DNA of 64,000 bases from Octopus sinensis. Its lineage: Eukaryota. Each line of letters begins with the position of its first letter. Position 1 is the stretch's first letter. The stretch lies in contig NC_042999.1 in NCBI RefSeq assembly GCF_006345805.1, positions 115,568,001-115,632,000 of the forward strand. The letters are read 5' to 3'. Of the stretch, positions 1 through 12,006 are shown in pieces. Under the pieces are notes generated by a model. The model made no database searches and was not told the origin of the DNA. It saw nothing but the letters and a program-made list of their open reading frames with translations. A program made the translations under genes and the position numbers.

Positions 1-99
1 CTTATATAGTAATATTTCAAAATTTCTATTATCGATGTGCAATGAAACGGTGCGCTCTTTTCCATAAAACATTTTCACTAAATCGGGCGTAGACGAAAG

Positions 100-440
100 G
101 TGGATAAGAAGATCGCTTGGCAATTATGTGGTTTCGGGTTCAGTCCCACTGCCCAGCACATTGGGCAAGCACCCCGTGCGGCTAATGTTTTGTGAGTGAA
201 CTTGATAGAAAGAGAATGTGTGGAAGCCTGACTTATGCATAAGTGTATGTGTACTGTCTTTCAGTTCTCCTCACTGTTTGGCAACCGGTGTTGGTTTGTT
301 CATGTCCCTGTAATCTAGTGTTTTAGTAAAAGAGGTCAATAGATAAGTATCAAAGAGAATACTGGGGTAGAATTCATTGGTAATCCTTCAAGGCGGTGCT
401 CCAGCATGGCTGCAGTCAAATGACTGAAATGAGTAAAAAA
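100..440 (+). mobile_element. tRNA-derived SINE, family A (degenerate, near full length)
   Basis: Head with gggttcagtccc B-box-like motif, ttgggcaag core and tail ggcggtgctccagcatggctgcagtcaaatgactgaaa, shared with copies at 12036, 28168 and 30111. Confidence 0.8.
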
Positions 441-479
441 CTAAACGTGTCTAAGCAATTTTCTTTAGTTGATGTAATA

Positions 480-650
480 AACATCAACAAAATCTGTACT
501 CTGTTATAGCGATTTCAGTTAAGCAATTTGCCCTGTTTATTTCCACGAAACTCTAACATAATTGTAATTACATAAAATATACTTCTATTATCATTTTCAT
601 AAGTTTTTGTCAGCTAATAATTAGATACAAAGAGCGATAAGACGACCTTG
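480..650 (+). repeat. Short fragment of the AT-rich foldback-arm family
   Basis: ttatagcgatttcagttaagcaatttgccctgtttatttccacgaaa resembles 3845-3890 and 8720-8780. Confidence 0.45.
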
Positions 651-699
651 CTTGAAAAACCTTTGATATAGTTCTGTTCAACCACCACAGATCTGAGAG

Positions 700-1265
700 T
701 TTAGCAGCAACAAAAAGTGGTCGGAACAGAAAAAATAGCTTGGGTCAACTGCAAGATGAATGAATGTTGTGATCAACGTATTTGAGTATCATAGGAAAGT
801 GCACTCTATGATTGTTCCCCTAGCGACTCTGTTGAAATTCTCCAGAGAAAGGAAAGTTATTAAGAGTTTGGACGAATTCGACTAAGGGATGGACTTTTGT
901 TAGAGTTGACCGTCCAGTATTTTGTTAAGGAGTGACAGGCTGTCATTGTGGGATATAACTGTGTAGAGTTATTTAATGTCTGTGGAGAAAATGCATTTGG
1001 AGTGTCCGGGCGGAAAAAGAACGAGTTGAAAAGGTTTAGGACATAGTCAGTGACTTTAATATGTGAGGGTAAGGCGACGACAAGTGGTGATAGTATTTCG
1101 TCAAGATACGCTGAGAGAAGTTCAGATCAGCAGTTACAAATGTAGATGATAGGGTGGCTGGAGTTGTTTTGTTTGCGGGTTTTGGGGACGAAGTAGATGG
1201 AAGTACAGGGTATGGTTACAATGCAATTAGTGGCAGAGGGTGGAAGTGAGGTGAAAGAGGTAATT
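700..1265 (-). pseudogene. Penelope-like retroelement reverse transcriptase relic
   Basis: Manual minus-strand translation gives IYFVPKTRKQNNSSHPII, LLSAYLDEILSPLVVALPSHIKVT and FSTDIK*LYTVISHNDSL, matching PLE RT motifs (YxLPKxHK, SxYLDxIL, DxxSLYTxIPH). Stops and frameshifts present. Confidence 0.7.
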
Positions 1266-1319
1266 TCTTTTCAAAAATTTTATTCGAATGAATCGACTCC
1301 AGTATTTGTATTTTAAGCC

Positions 1320-1435
1320 TGGTTCTTATTCTATAGGACACTTTGCCGAATCGCTGAGTTACAGGAATACAAACACATTAACACCGGGTGTCAAGCGGTG
1401 GTGGAGGGAAAAACACAAACACAAAGGCACACAAA
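1320..1435 (-). mobile_element. SINE family A tail fragment
   Basis: ttgccgaatcgctgagttacagg...gtcaagcggtggtgg is the reverse complement of the family A 3' body. Confidence 0.65.
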
Positions 1436-1436
1436 T

Positions 1437-2724
1437 ATACAAAAAGTTACTATACACTTGTAAGTCCACAAAATCACTATACGCTTAATAAATTCCTAAA
1501 AATTACACAAGAAACTGAGTTTATTCATATTGTTGTGGAGGTATACAGCTAGCCCTTGAGGGTTAGCTGTAAACCTCCACATGAGTGTCTCCATTTTCGA
1601 CAACCTTCAGCCACCTTCGGAGGCAGGCCTCTCCGACATTTGGCAGCATCACTGCCTCGGCTTCGCTGCAGGCCTTGCAGATTCTTTCTTCAAACTCTAA
1701 CAGGTCACGGGGCTTAGTGACATAAACCTTGCTTTTGATGTAGCCCCACATAAAAAGTCACAAGGTGTGAGGTCAGGGGAGAGCGGAGCCCATTCCAGGG
1801 GACCCTTCGACCGATCCATCGGTCAGGGAACTTGATGTTCAAGAAATCTCTCATTAACCTGGCAAAGTGGGGAGGAGATCCGTCTTGTTGAAAAATAACA
1901 TTAGAAATATCACTCCTCGCCTGAAGTTGAGGCACAGCAAGCTACTGCAGTATCACCAGGTAATTTTCCCCTGTAACGGCGGTCGGGTTACCGGATGTAT
2001 CACGAAAGAAAAATGGTCCAATCAGCCCAGAGCGAGACATAGAATACCATACTACCAGCTTCGGAGAGTCTCGTTCATGTTCGAGAATTTCTGTTGGCTT
2101 TGATTTTCCCCAAATTCGACAATTGTGTCGGTTTACTCGACCAGAGTGATGAAAGAGAGACACATCGCTGAACCATAAGTTTTCCAAGAGCTGAGAGTCG
2201 TTTTGGTAATGGCGGAGGAGTGATTCACACATTTCCGAACGAGTATTATAATCTTTCTCTTGTAGCTTTTGAAAAACCTAAGGTCGAGCTTTTGTTGATG
2301 CTAAGTTCCAGTGCAGCCCCCAGATGGACTTCTCCTGGCTTTTCGCGAACGCCTGCTCCAGGAGTTCGGTGTTTTCATCAGTGTTGGTAGTAGCAAGCTT
2401 TCTGATATGTAGCTTGTCAAGAACAGATCCCGTTTCGAGAAACTTATTATGGATAGCATAAATTGTACTACGCGTTGGAGCAGTGTGACGGTCATAAACC
2501 TCAAACTTGCGCTGAGCTGCAGTAAGGGACTGAAAAACTTCTTGCAAGGTGGAAATTTTTCAACGCTGCTCTAACATCAATTGGCGAGCCATGGGCAAGG
2601 AAATGATACGCTTACAAAACTGAAAAGCCTAAGGTGTCAAATGCTGATGGCCTCACGTCTCTCCGAATGATACCTGAAGCGAAATAAAAAAAAGAAAGTG
2701 TATAATAACATTTGGGACACCCTG
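1437..2724 (-). mobile_element. IS630-Tc1-mariner DD41D (rosa-type) transposon, defective
   Basis: ORF pieces 2278-2547, 1942-2232, 1714-1935 and 1563-1751 give WFSD, FQQDGSPPH and (frameshift-corrected) SPDLTPCDFFMWGY, with 41 residues between the last two Asp. Right TIR rc cagggtgtcccaaatgttattatacac plus TA at 2725-26; left TIR partly eroded near 1440-1459. Confidence 0.85.
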
Positions 2725-2764
2725 TATATATATAATGGACTTATTTCAGTTTACTAAATTCATT

Positions 2765-2848
2765 CAGGGCTTTGGTCGGTCACGCAGTAGGCTGAACCCA
2801 GAACCATGTGGTTGGGAAGTAAACTTCCTATCACACATCCACACCTGA
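2765..2848 (-). mobile_element. SINE family A head fragment
   Basis: ctgaacccagaaccatgtggttgggaag is the rc of the family A tRNA-like head. Confidence 0.7.
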
Positions 2849-2860
2849 TTATCGATAAGA

Positions 2861-5800
2861 TTGTTCAAAATTCACATTTATATTAAATATGGTCTCTTCT
2901 GATTTGTTGATTTATTTTAAATTCCTTAGTTTCCATTACTTTAAGTAGGACATATGACCCTTCTTAAATATTTCTTCCTATACAAACCTAATATGAAAAT
3001 TGTACGACTTTCTCCACAAGAAATATATCCCTGATATCAATTAATACTGTTTTATTGCATTTTACTTCAACCGTAAGTCATACCAGTGACCGGCCTTGAA
3101 GATTAATTCTGCTCTTTAATTCTTACCCATTCAATATGAAATAATATATATTGCGGTTTTTTTAGCTGATCAATACTTCGCTGAGAACAGATGCCTTTTT
3201 TTATCTGGTTGCCTAAGTACTTGAGAGAATGGTTTGTTTTCGGTTTTTACCTTTTCTTAAATTTCTAAATGTTTACTGGAAATATATTTCATTTGCTTGT
3301 TTTTACGTAGGTGATTTATTCTACGCTGGACTTGAAGATTTTTCAACTGATTAACTAAATATTAAAGGTAGTTTCACTTCTAGAATTTATACATAAACAA
3401 GTAAGATAATATTTCATAAGTTAAATACATATAAAACAATGGATCTTCCACAGATTCATCATAAATTAATGAGCAAGAACTGAAATATACTATGTTTACT
3501 TAGTGGATCAACAAAATCTTATTTCTTTAACCACTAAATATCATTAATAATTTCTTTCACACATTAAAAATTAAGAAATTCGTTTTTTTTACTATATTTT
3601 TTTTATCAATTATTGATTTCGTTTTTGATATCATCAAACTATAGCGAGACTAAACACTACAAACATTGTCCTCACTATTCCAAATATAGTTGGCATTTAA
3701 CTTTTGTCTCAAGCGAAATGTATATTAACAATTCTAAGATCGAAGTGCAATGATTTGGTGGTCTGCATTCTTTAAAATAAGTTTACTATATATTCTTATA
3801 AATGGTTTTGTTCTTCGTATGAATTATTTTGCCAAAAATGTTTGTTTTCTTTATTGTAGCGATATCTTTTTTATTTCCATGAAATATCTGACATCATCAA
3901 TTACTCTGTAAAGAATTATACAATATGCTTCTGAGTTTATTTTCGTTAGTTATCAATTGTTAACTATTAGCTAGCATTTAAATATTAAGACTGAACTATA
4001 GCTCGTAGCTATGATGCATAATCATAATGCATAAAACAATTTCTTTTTACTTTTTCGACACAAGATTTAAATAATAGCTTTATATGCATTATTTTATAGC
4101 TGAACCACTGTGATTTCTGAGTGATTACTCAACGAATTGTATAAGAGGCTGCTGTTTCTTTTTATAGGTTATACACTTTTAGCTTAATAACTAGCGTTAT
4201 GCCCCGAGTTGCAGTTTAATATTAATCTACAAAACAGTTTCTTTCTACACTTTCATCATAAGTTCGAACAAACGGATTATATATTGTTTTATTGGCTAGT
4301 CAATATAGTTAAGAAAACAGATTTTTAAGGTTAGGAAATATATTCTTCTATGTATCAGAACTATATCTTTCATCTTCAAAATGTTTATAACATAATTTAT
4401 TTCAATCGCACCTCTTCCCATATGTCAATCAAATTCGTTGATTCTAAGATACCCTCTAAAGTACCTCTCACCGTTAATCCTATCATCAGCTAATTATTTG
4501 TCTTAAAGATTTTTAAAAATAACATTCTACATCTTTTGTTAAGGCGATATATTCCGTTTCGGTTTTGTTTTTATATTGCTCTTTTCTAACAAGTACCTTT
4601 GATCTGTATCAAACGATGTTAATTGTTAATATAAGCATATTACAACCGCCGACATTATGGGAAATTACATAGAAACAGCTTGCGTATTATGAAAGACTTG
4701 AATAATAGAAGATATGCACTATGTGTTTTATGTTTTGAATTCTTTCGTTTTCTTAATTCTTTGGTCAACAATATGACAAGAATGTGTGTGTGTGTGAGTG
4801 GTGGTGTACTTAGGTAAGTAGGTAAGTACATAGATAGATACATACTTATACTGGTAAATAGGTAGATACATACTTATATATATATACAGACAGATAGATA
4901 GATACATACATACATATATATATATACATAGGTAAGTAGGTAGGTAGATAGACAGGCATATAAATAGGTAAAAATAGATAGATACACACAAAATGTTTGT
5001 ATATTTCCATCCATCCATCCATCCATCCATCCATCCATCCATCCATCCATCCATCCATCCATCCATCCATCCATCCATCCATCCATCCATCTGTCCGTCC
5101 ATCCGTCCGCTCGTCCATCCATTTTTCCGTCCGTCCGTCTGTCTATCTATTTAGACACACATACATACATGCATACATACACCCTCCGTCCTGTAATATT
5201 CTCGCTCAAAATGTCAAGAAGACCAAAGAATTCAAAACAAAACATGTAGTGCGTATATTCTATTATGCAAGACATTCTCATTATCACAAGCTGTTTCCAT
5301 GTAACTTCACATAATGCCGACGACCGGAATATGCTTATATCAACAATTAACATCATATTTGTACTGATCAAAGTTAACAGTAAGAACAAAGCAATATAAA
5401 AACAAAACTAAACCGGAGTATACCGTCTTAACGAAAGTTGTGGAAGGTTAAAAAATCTCTATAACGCAAATAACTATCTTGATGATGATAAGATTAACGG
5501 TCAGAGGTACTTAAGTGAGAATCTGATTTAATTGACAAATAAGAAAGAGGATTATTCGAATAAATTTATATTACAAATGGAAAATTTTGAAGATGAATGA
5601 TATAGTTATGATAATTATACATAATATGTTCCTTAACCTTAAGATATTTTCATATTTATGCTGATCAGTCAATAAAACAATGTATAAACCGTTTGTTTAG
5701 AATTTACAACGAAAACATAGAAAGAAACTGTTTTGTAGATTAATATTAAACTGTAACGCGTTGGATAATGCTAGTTATCAATCTAAAAGTTTATAACCTA

Positions 5801-6371
5801 TAAAATCCTCTTATATAAATCTTGCAGGATAGGTAAAAATCACAGTCGATCAGTTACAAAAGAATATATAGCTATTTAAAAAAAACTTATAACGAATGAA
5901 TGAGAGGAAACTGTTTTATCCAATGGCTACGAGCTAATGTTCAATCTTAATATTTAAATGCTAGCTATTAGATAACAGTTTATAACTCCCGAAAATAAAC
6001 AAAGAAACCAATTTATTTGGTTCATTATCAAGGAATTGATATTTAGTTAATTAGTTAAAAAAACACATCTGTTCTCACCGTAGTATTGCTCAGCTAAAAG
6101 ACCCACAATGTATATTATCGCATAATGAATAAGTAAGAATATAGGGTTTAAAGCTGATATGTGTTACTGTTGAGGTTAAATAAAAATGGCATTAATTAAT
6201 ATCAAAAATATATTTCTTATTGAGGAATTTGTAATTTTTTTAATATTAGGTTTGTATAAGAAGAAATATTTAAGAAGGGCTATATGTCTAACTTAAAGTA
6301 AGAGAAACTCAAGCACTTCGAATAAATCATCAAATCAGAAGAGGCGGAATTAGTGTAAATTAGTTTGAACA
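2861..6371. mobile_element. Ancient 3.5-kb foldback (long inverted repeat) element, non-coding
   Basis: Left arm ~2861-4790 matches the rc of right arm ~5180-6371, e.g. 3965 ttagctagcatttaaatattaagactgaactatagctcgtagc vs 5927-5970, and 2965 cttcttaaatatttcttcctatacaaacctaata vs 6245-6278. Microsatellite spacer between the arms. Confidence 0.75.
4790..5175. repeat. Compound microsatellite spacer (GT, TAGA/TACA, TA, CCAT, CCGT)
   Basis: Directly visible; source of the MDGW/IHPS pseudo-ORFs. Confidence 0.95.
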
Positions 6372-6395
6372 CTCATATGGATAAAAATATCAACT

Positions 6396-6418
6396 ACTAG
6401 CATCCCTCGCGTTACGGG
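6396..6418 (-). mobile_element. Possible Helitron 3' terminus
   Basis: Minus strand reads CCCGTAACGCGAGGGATGCTAG|T: a GC-rich imperfect hairpin followed by CTAG and T. Confidence 0.4.
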
Positions 6419-6529
6419 AGCGTTGCATTCTAAAAATCTTGTAACGTGGAGATTTATAATACAAAACATATTTTTCTTTGGTTCCTTGTTCATTAAGTTC
6501 CATGTAACAGGAAGTCAATGGTAAAATAG

Positions 6530-7345
6530 GCTTTCTGTTACAAAAGTCCATCTTACAGCAAAACTTTCAGGAGCTCAAAGTTCCTGTAATGCGGAGTATG
6601 CTGGCATTATGTCGAGGATTTATGTGTTAGAGAGATTATAAATCACCTGTTTTTAATAAGATAGATTTAATCGTAATTATCGAAGAAAAATGAAACTAAA
6701 TCGAGAGGTACGTATTAGAGAATTACGTTCTTCAGTATATAGTTACATTTAGGTGTTACAAATTATAGAATAATCTGTTCTCTTTAATTATGTAAGATAG
6801 ATGTGTCATTAGAAATGCTATCAACGCCCACTGAGCTACGATATATACATATATCATTACACGAAAGGATTTCACAAATTCATAAAACTCAATAGGTACA
6901 TGCATGGTTGTGTGGTTAAGAAGTCCGCTTCTTAATTTCATGGTTTCGATTTCAGTTTCACAGTGTAGAACTGGTCCGAATATTTCTTTACTGGATGGAG
7001 GCTAGGTGTAAATTTATTAAAATTTAATACGGTCTGAAAAGTTACTAATGGGAGAATAGGTAGTAAAAGTTAATGATACAGTAAGTTTAAGGAGACAATG
7101 TGAAGCTAAAAGTGGAAGAATCAATAACTGAAGGATAGGACGAATAAAAAGAATATATAAAATAGGTCAGAGATAGTAGATGACATGTATGTAAAAATAA
7201 AAGGATTAATGAAATAAAGGTAAAAGTTATAAAAATAGGTTAAAGGTGATTTTTTATCCTTCTAACACAATACCGGTATACTGTGCATTACAGGAACCTC
7301 GGGCTCCTGAAAAGTCTTGCTGTTAAGTGGGTTTTTGTATCATAC
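6530..7345. repeat. Inverted pair of a ~75-bp repeat (6530-6600 vs 7265-7345)
   Basis: aaaagtccatcttacagcaaaactttcaggagctcaaagttcctgtaatgc vs the rc of gcattacaggaacctcgggctcctgaaaagtcttgctgttaagtgggttttt. Confidence 0.65.
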
Positions 7346-7444
7346 TAGCTACAGATAAGATTAGTTACAACAATACAGATGAATAATCAAAATATATAAC
7401 CACTTGTCTAAATGTAAGATAAGATAAATAAAAACTTATGTGTG

Positions 7445-7445
<1 letters not shown>

Positions 7446-7503
<58 letters not shown>

Positions 7504-7539
7504 TTGCACACATACATGTATGATATGATAAATACATAG

Positions 7540-7585
<46 letters not shown>

Positions 7586-7590
7586 TATAA
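7446..7590. repeat. (TATC)n and (TA)n microsatellites
   Basis: Directly visible. Confidence 0.95.
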
Positions 7591-7693
7591 GTTCAGCAAA
7601 AATTTAGATTCAAATGAATATTGTACTTAATTTAGATGCATCAAAATTCTGTATGGTGTTATCCATAAAAATCCGTGGGGTGATTATAATCAA

Positions 7694-7737
7694 AATAAGC
7701 AACAAGAATGACTCCGGAGTCATTCTTGTTGCTTATT
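7694..7737. repeat. Perfect 44-bp spacerless palindrome
   Basis: aataagcaacaagaatgactcc|ggagtcattcttgttgcttatt is its own reverse complement. Confidence 0.95.
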
Positions 7738-7739
7738 AC

Positions 7740-9212
7740 AAATAGTTTCAGAATATTAAGTATGTTTCCTTAACTATAAGATACTATATATATTACGTTT
7801 TTGTATGATTTTTTGAAAAATATTATTTTGGCTTCACTATACTATGATAACAGACATTTCTTGTTAGCCTAAAAAATTTGATATAATTGTTTGTTTTTGA
7901 TTTTTATCTTTTCTCAACCTCGAAATATTATGGTAAATGTTTTATTTTCCATTTTATATTTTATTTTATATTTTACATAACGATGGCTATCATTTTTTAA
8001 AAAACTGATCACGTAAATGTTGAAAATATTAATTTGTCTTGGATCGTTAACCTTCGCGAATTTATATATAAACAAGCCTGGCAAAACTTCATAATTTAAA
8101 CACATATCTAGAAAAACAATGGGTCCTCCATAGTTTGATTGTAAATTAATGATAAATAGCTGGAGTATACCAAGCAGATCTACAGAATCAACTAAATCTT
8201 ATTTCTTTAGCCACTAAACCTTTTCAATAATTACTTTCTTGCATGTTTAGAATTCTTACAATATTTTAGTTATTGATTTTAAATTTGATACCGTCAAAGT
8301 ATGCACGGACAAAATTCTATATACCTTAAATTCTATTTTCACGATGCAGTTTTGACTTTTTCTCTGTCAAGTAAGATATTTATATTGGTTTCAAATTTTT
8401 GGCACAAAACCAGCAAGTTGAGAGGAGGGTAAGTCGATGATATTGATCCCTGTGATCAACTGGTACATATTTTATCAACCCCGACAGGAAGATAGGCAAA
8501 GTCGACTTTGGCGGAATTTGAACTCAGAACATAAATACAGACAGATCTTAAGAAGTTTATCCTGCGTGCTAGCGACTGTGCCAGCTCGCCACCTTCCCTT
8601 AACAATGCTAATATCGATGTACAAAGATCAGCTGAACTGTTTTCTATAAAATATCATTACCATATATTTTAATGAGCACTTTTCTTCTTTGTGCTATTTA
8701 TCATTTTTTAAAGCTTAGCTTTATTATAGTTATTTCAGTAAAACAATTTGCATTGTTTATTTCAACGAAAATATCTGACATCATTAAATATTCTGTTTTT
8801 TCTTTGTTTATCGTAATAAATTATGAAATGGTAGCTAATTACTAGCATTTATACGTTAAAATTGAACTATAGCTCCTAGTCACAGTACAATCTTAATGTA
8901 TAAAATTTTTTCTTTTCACTCTTTCGTGGTAAATTTTCAATAGATGCTTTATATATTGTTTTATTTGTTGGTCAAAATAACAACGAAAACCGATATTTCC
9001 AACTGATTATACAAAGAACTATGCAAACATGTTTGTTTATTTCCGCAAGTTATGCAATTTTAGCAGAGTAACTTGTGTTATGTCAGTTACAAGCTCTAAT
9101 GCAATCTTACTACATAAACCAGTTTCTTTCTACATTTTCCTCGTAAGTGCTAAATACCCGAGCTTTCACAGGTGTTTAATGAAACATTGAACAGTTTGAT
9201 TTTTAAGAAAAC
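7740..9212 (+). repeat. Third diverged copy of the foldback arm, interrupted by a SINE
   Basis: 8113 aaaacaatgggtcctcc...aatcttatttctttagccactaaa matches 3432-3540; 8838-8880 matches 3965-4010; 9110-9135 matches 4230-4250. Confidence 0.7.
8383..8598 (-). mobile_element. tRNA-derived SINE, family B
   Basis: rc of head aaggcggcgagctggcagaaacgttagc...gagttcaaattcc (B box) with body gtcgactttgcctttcatcc. Confidence 0.8.
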
Positions 9213-9229
9213 AAACAGGTTTGCTGGTC

Positions 9230-10460
9230 AAAATTCAGTAGGTAATCGGACACCTGCTGAACTTCAAGCTTTTTTTCTTTGCACTGAAAATGCTCCAAGG
9301 CATTTCCAAATTGCTAGAAGATATGCAGTCATCAAAGAGTCCTATGCTTCAGCAATCCTGTTTTGGAAGAACTATGCCACCCAATCGCTATCGTTAAATT
9401 CAGTAGTATCTTGATTTCTCTGACGATGAAACTTATGATTTCGAAACTCACCCCTGTCCTAAACTAAAGAACATATATGATGTATTCTGTCACCTACTTG
9501 CAAAATTTCAGAGTTCATATTTTCCAAAAAAGGATATTGGTGCTGAGGGCAGCTTTATGTTGTATAAGGGTAGGTTTCGATGGGTTCAATACATTATTTT
9601 CAAACCTAGTATATTTGGTATGAAATATTTTATTCTGTGTAAATCTGAATTAGAGTATGCTTGGGTAGTTATTCTATATGTAGGAAAATGGACAAAGTTT
9701 TATTAGGAATTTAATGACCTATCAATGTCCTCGACCTCACGAAACCTTTGCTACTGTCTGAATGTTGATAACTTTTATACTCGTCCACAGTTGGCTGAAA
9801 TACTTGTCTGGAATTATATTGATGTGTGGTACTGTACATCAAAACAGAAAGGAAATGACTGAACAATTGAGAAAAGGGGTGAAATTTGTGCCTTTTGGAG
9901 AAGAAAATTACCTATTGTCTACAGTTCGCAGTCAAGCTTTGAAGAAGGAAAGTACTCGACCAAAATCATGAAAAGATTAGAAGCTCTTAACAATTACAAT
10001 TTAGCAATGGCAGGGGTCGGCAAGATCGATCAGTACTTCAGTGATTAGCCAATACCTAGGAAACAAGGCAAGAAATACTATAATAACTTCTTTTACCTGA
10101 TGACTCTGGCACTATGGAAGTCATACATCCTTTATAAAGCATCTCTTACAGTAGATGATAAAGACGTGGGAGACAACAACAATCATGGCGGTGATGATGC
10201 AACGGCGATCAAATCTCTTCTTTGCCATAAAAATTGCTATTCATTGAGCAAACAATCACAAATGACATATTCCACATTCAAAAGCTGGTAGACTCCCGAC
10301 AACTTCCAATCCTGCTCGTTTTTCACCTGAAAGAAGAAATATCCAAAACAAAACTGCAATGAAATGAGACAGTAGCGGGACAAACTCATAAAAAATAAAA
10401 ATATATGTGCCCAATCTGTAATGTTCCCCTATGTGTAACATCATGCTTCCAAAATCACTA
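9230..10460 (+). pseudogene. piggyBac-type transposase relic
   Basis: Manual translation gives PVFGRTMPPNRY..YLDFSD, YKGRFRWVQY..KP..FGMK, VDNFYTRPQLAEIL, YNLAMAGV..IDQ and a C-terminal Cys-rich MCPICNVPLCVTSCF. Many stops and frameshifts; no TTAA/TIR found. Confidence 0.8.
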
Positions 10461-10572
10461 TACCAAATAAGTGATGCCTTTTGTTTTTACAAATAAACTA
10501 TGTTATTTTCTTCAAAAATTATCATATCAAATAAATGATGTCTGTCTTTTTGCAAATAAAGTATGTTTATCC

Positions 10573-10953
10573 TTGATTACATCGAGCCCAGTACTTATTT
10601 TATCGACTCCGAAAGGATGAAAGGAAAAGTCGACTCCAGTGGAATTTGAACTCAGAACGTAAAGTCGGAAGAAATTTTGCTTAGCATTTTGTCCAGTGTC
10701 CTAACGATTCTGGCAGCTCGCCGCCTTCATAAATTATTCTTTTCTACTCTAGGCACAAGGCCCGAAATTTTTTTTGGAGGGGGCCAGTCGATTAGATCGA
10801 CCCCAGTACTCAACTGGTACTTAATTTATTGACCCCGTAAGGATGAAAGTAAAGTCGACCTCGGCGGAATTTGAACTCAGAACATAAAGACAGACGAAAT
10901 ATCGCTAAGCATTTCGCCCGACGAGCTAACGTTTCTGCTAGCTCGCCGCCTTT
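10573..10953 (-). mobile_element. Two tandem SINE family B copies (10573-10728; 10738-10953)
   Basis: Both contain aaagtcgac...ggaatttgaactcagaac and end ctcgccgcctt. Confidence 0.85.
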
Positions 10954-11804
10954 GGGATATAAAATATCGACGCATCGCAACCTCAAAGTTATAACGCTTC
11001 TCCTTTAGTGTAACGCATGTTTCAAGATTTTCAGTTAGTTCTATGATGGAGTTTCCAACTTCTGTTCGGAATCATTCAGAGGTTAGAACATTGCTTAGAC
11101 TACCATTAGTTTATCTCTTTTATCTACGCATTGTATTGGTCAAATCGAATCACTCAAGGTAATGTTAGAATTACTCCAGTAAATATCCAAAATAAAATTA
11201 AGTGGAAAACTACGACCGGATTATGGTCTGCTGAGTATATTTGGTTATATCTTAAATTAAATTTAGTAGTGTTATTGTTACTCAGAAAAATGTGAGTAAA
11301 TCAGCTGATGAGCACATTTAGAGATATAATGGTGTGTGATGGTCGAAGTGAATCTTTTACATGTTACTACTATTAACTTACGCTTGAAAATATAGTAGCC
11401 ATTTAAAAGACCACCTCATACATAAGCATAAATACAAAGTTCAAGCAGCTGTTTTAACATTAAGATAATAAATACTTTATTCTGTTACGGAGCCATTTTC
11501 AATATGAAGGCAGAATATTATAATGAAGAACAAGAAGACAGAATATCAGCTATCAAATGTAGAGTAATTTCTTACGAGAAAACATTACTCGTTGTTTAGT
11601 TGTCATACAAGCACTAATCGTGCGTAGTCTTGATATGAATATGGTTGCAGGAAAGTTTTAGCTATGACTTTGTATGTAAAGTTATCATATACACTCAATA
11701 GAATCAATACAAATCTCCATCGAAAACGTGCACCAAGCGTATTTTCTAGTAAAAAGTCCTCCTCACAAAAAAAAAAAAGCATGCAATTACAACTAAATCA
11801 AAGA

Positions 11805-11961
11805 AGTGCACGCGCAGCCGTGTGATTAAAACGTTGGTTTTGCAACCATATGTTCCCCGGTTCGATATCTTACTACGCTCGACATTCGGCGACAGATGTT
11901 TTCTATTATAGATTTGGTTGGCTAATAAGTGGAATTTAAAAGACAAACTCTAGGGATGGCA

Positions 11962-12006
<45 letters not shown>

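Noticed and set aside
4655-5389. ORFs with MDGW/IHPS repeats, and all YI, CV, poly-I/N/M/S ORFs elsewhere (e.g. 24416-25292, 32971-33687, 39047-39399, 58245-58833)
   Set aside because: They are translations of microsatellites lacking stop codons; there is no coding evidence.
11300-11360. ctgatgag followed by a weak hairpin, as a possible hammerhead
   Set aside because: No GAAA after the stem and no stem I or III. Other CTGATGA hits (10096, 15693, 16914, 32495, 32712, 42645) also lack the rest of the fold.
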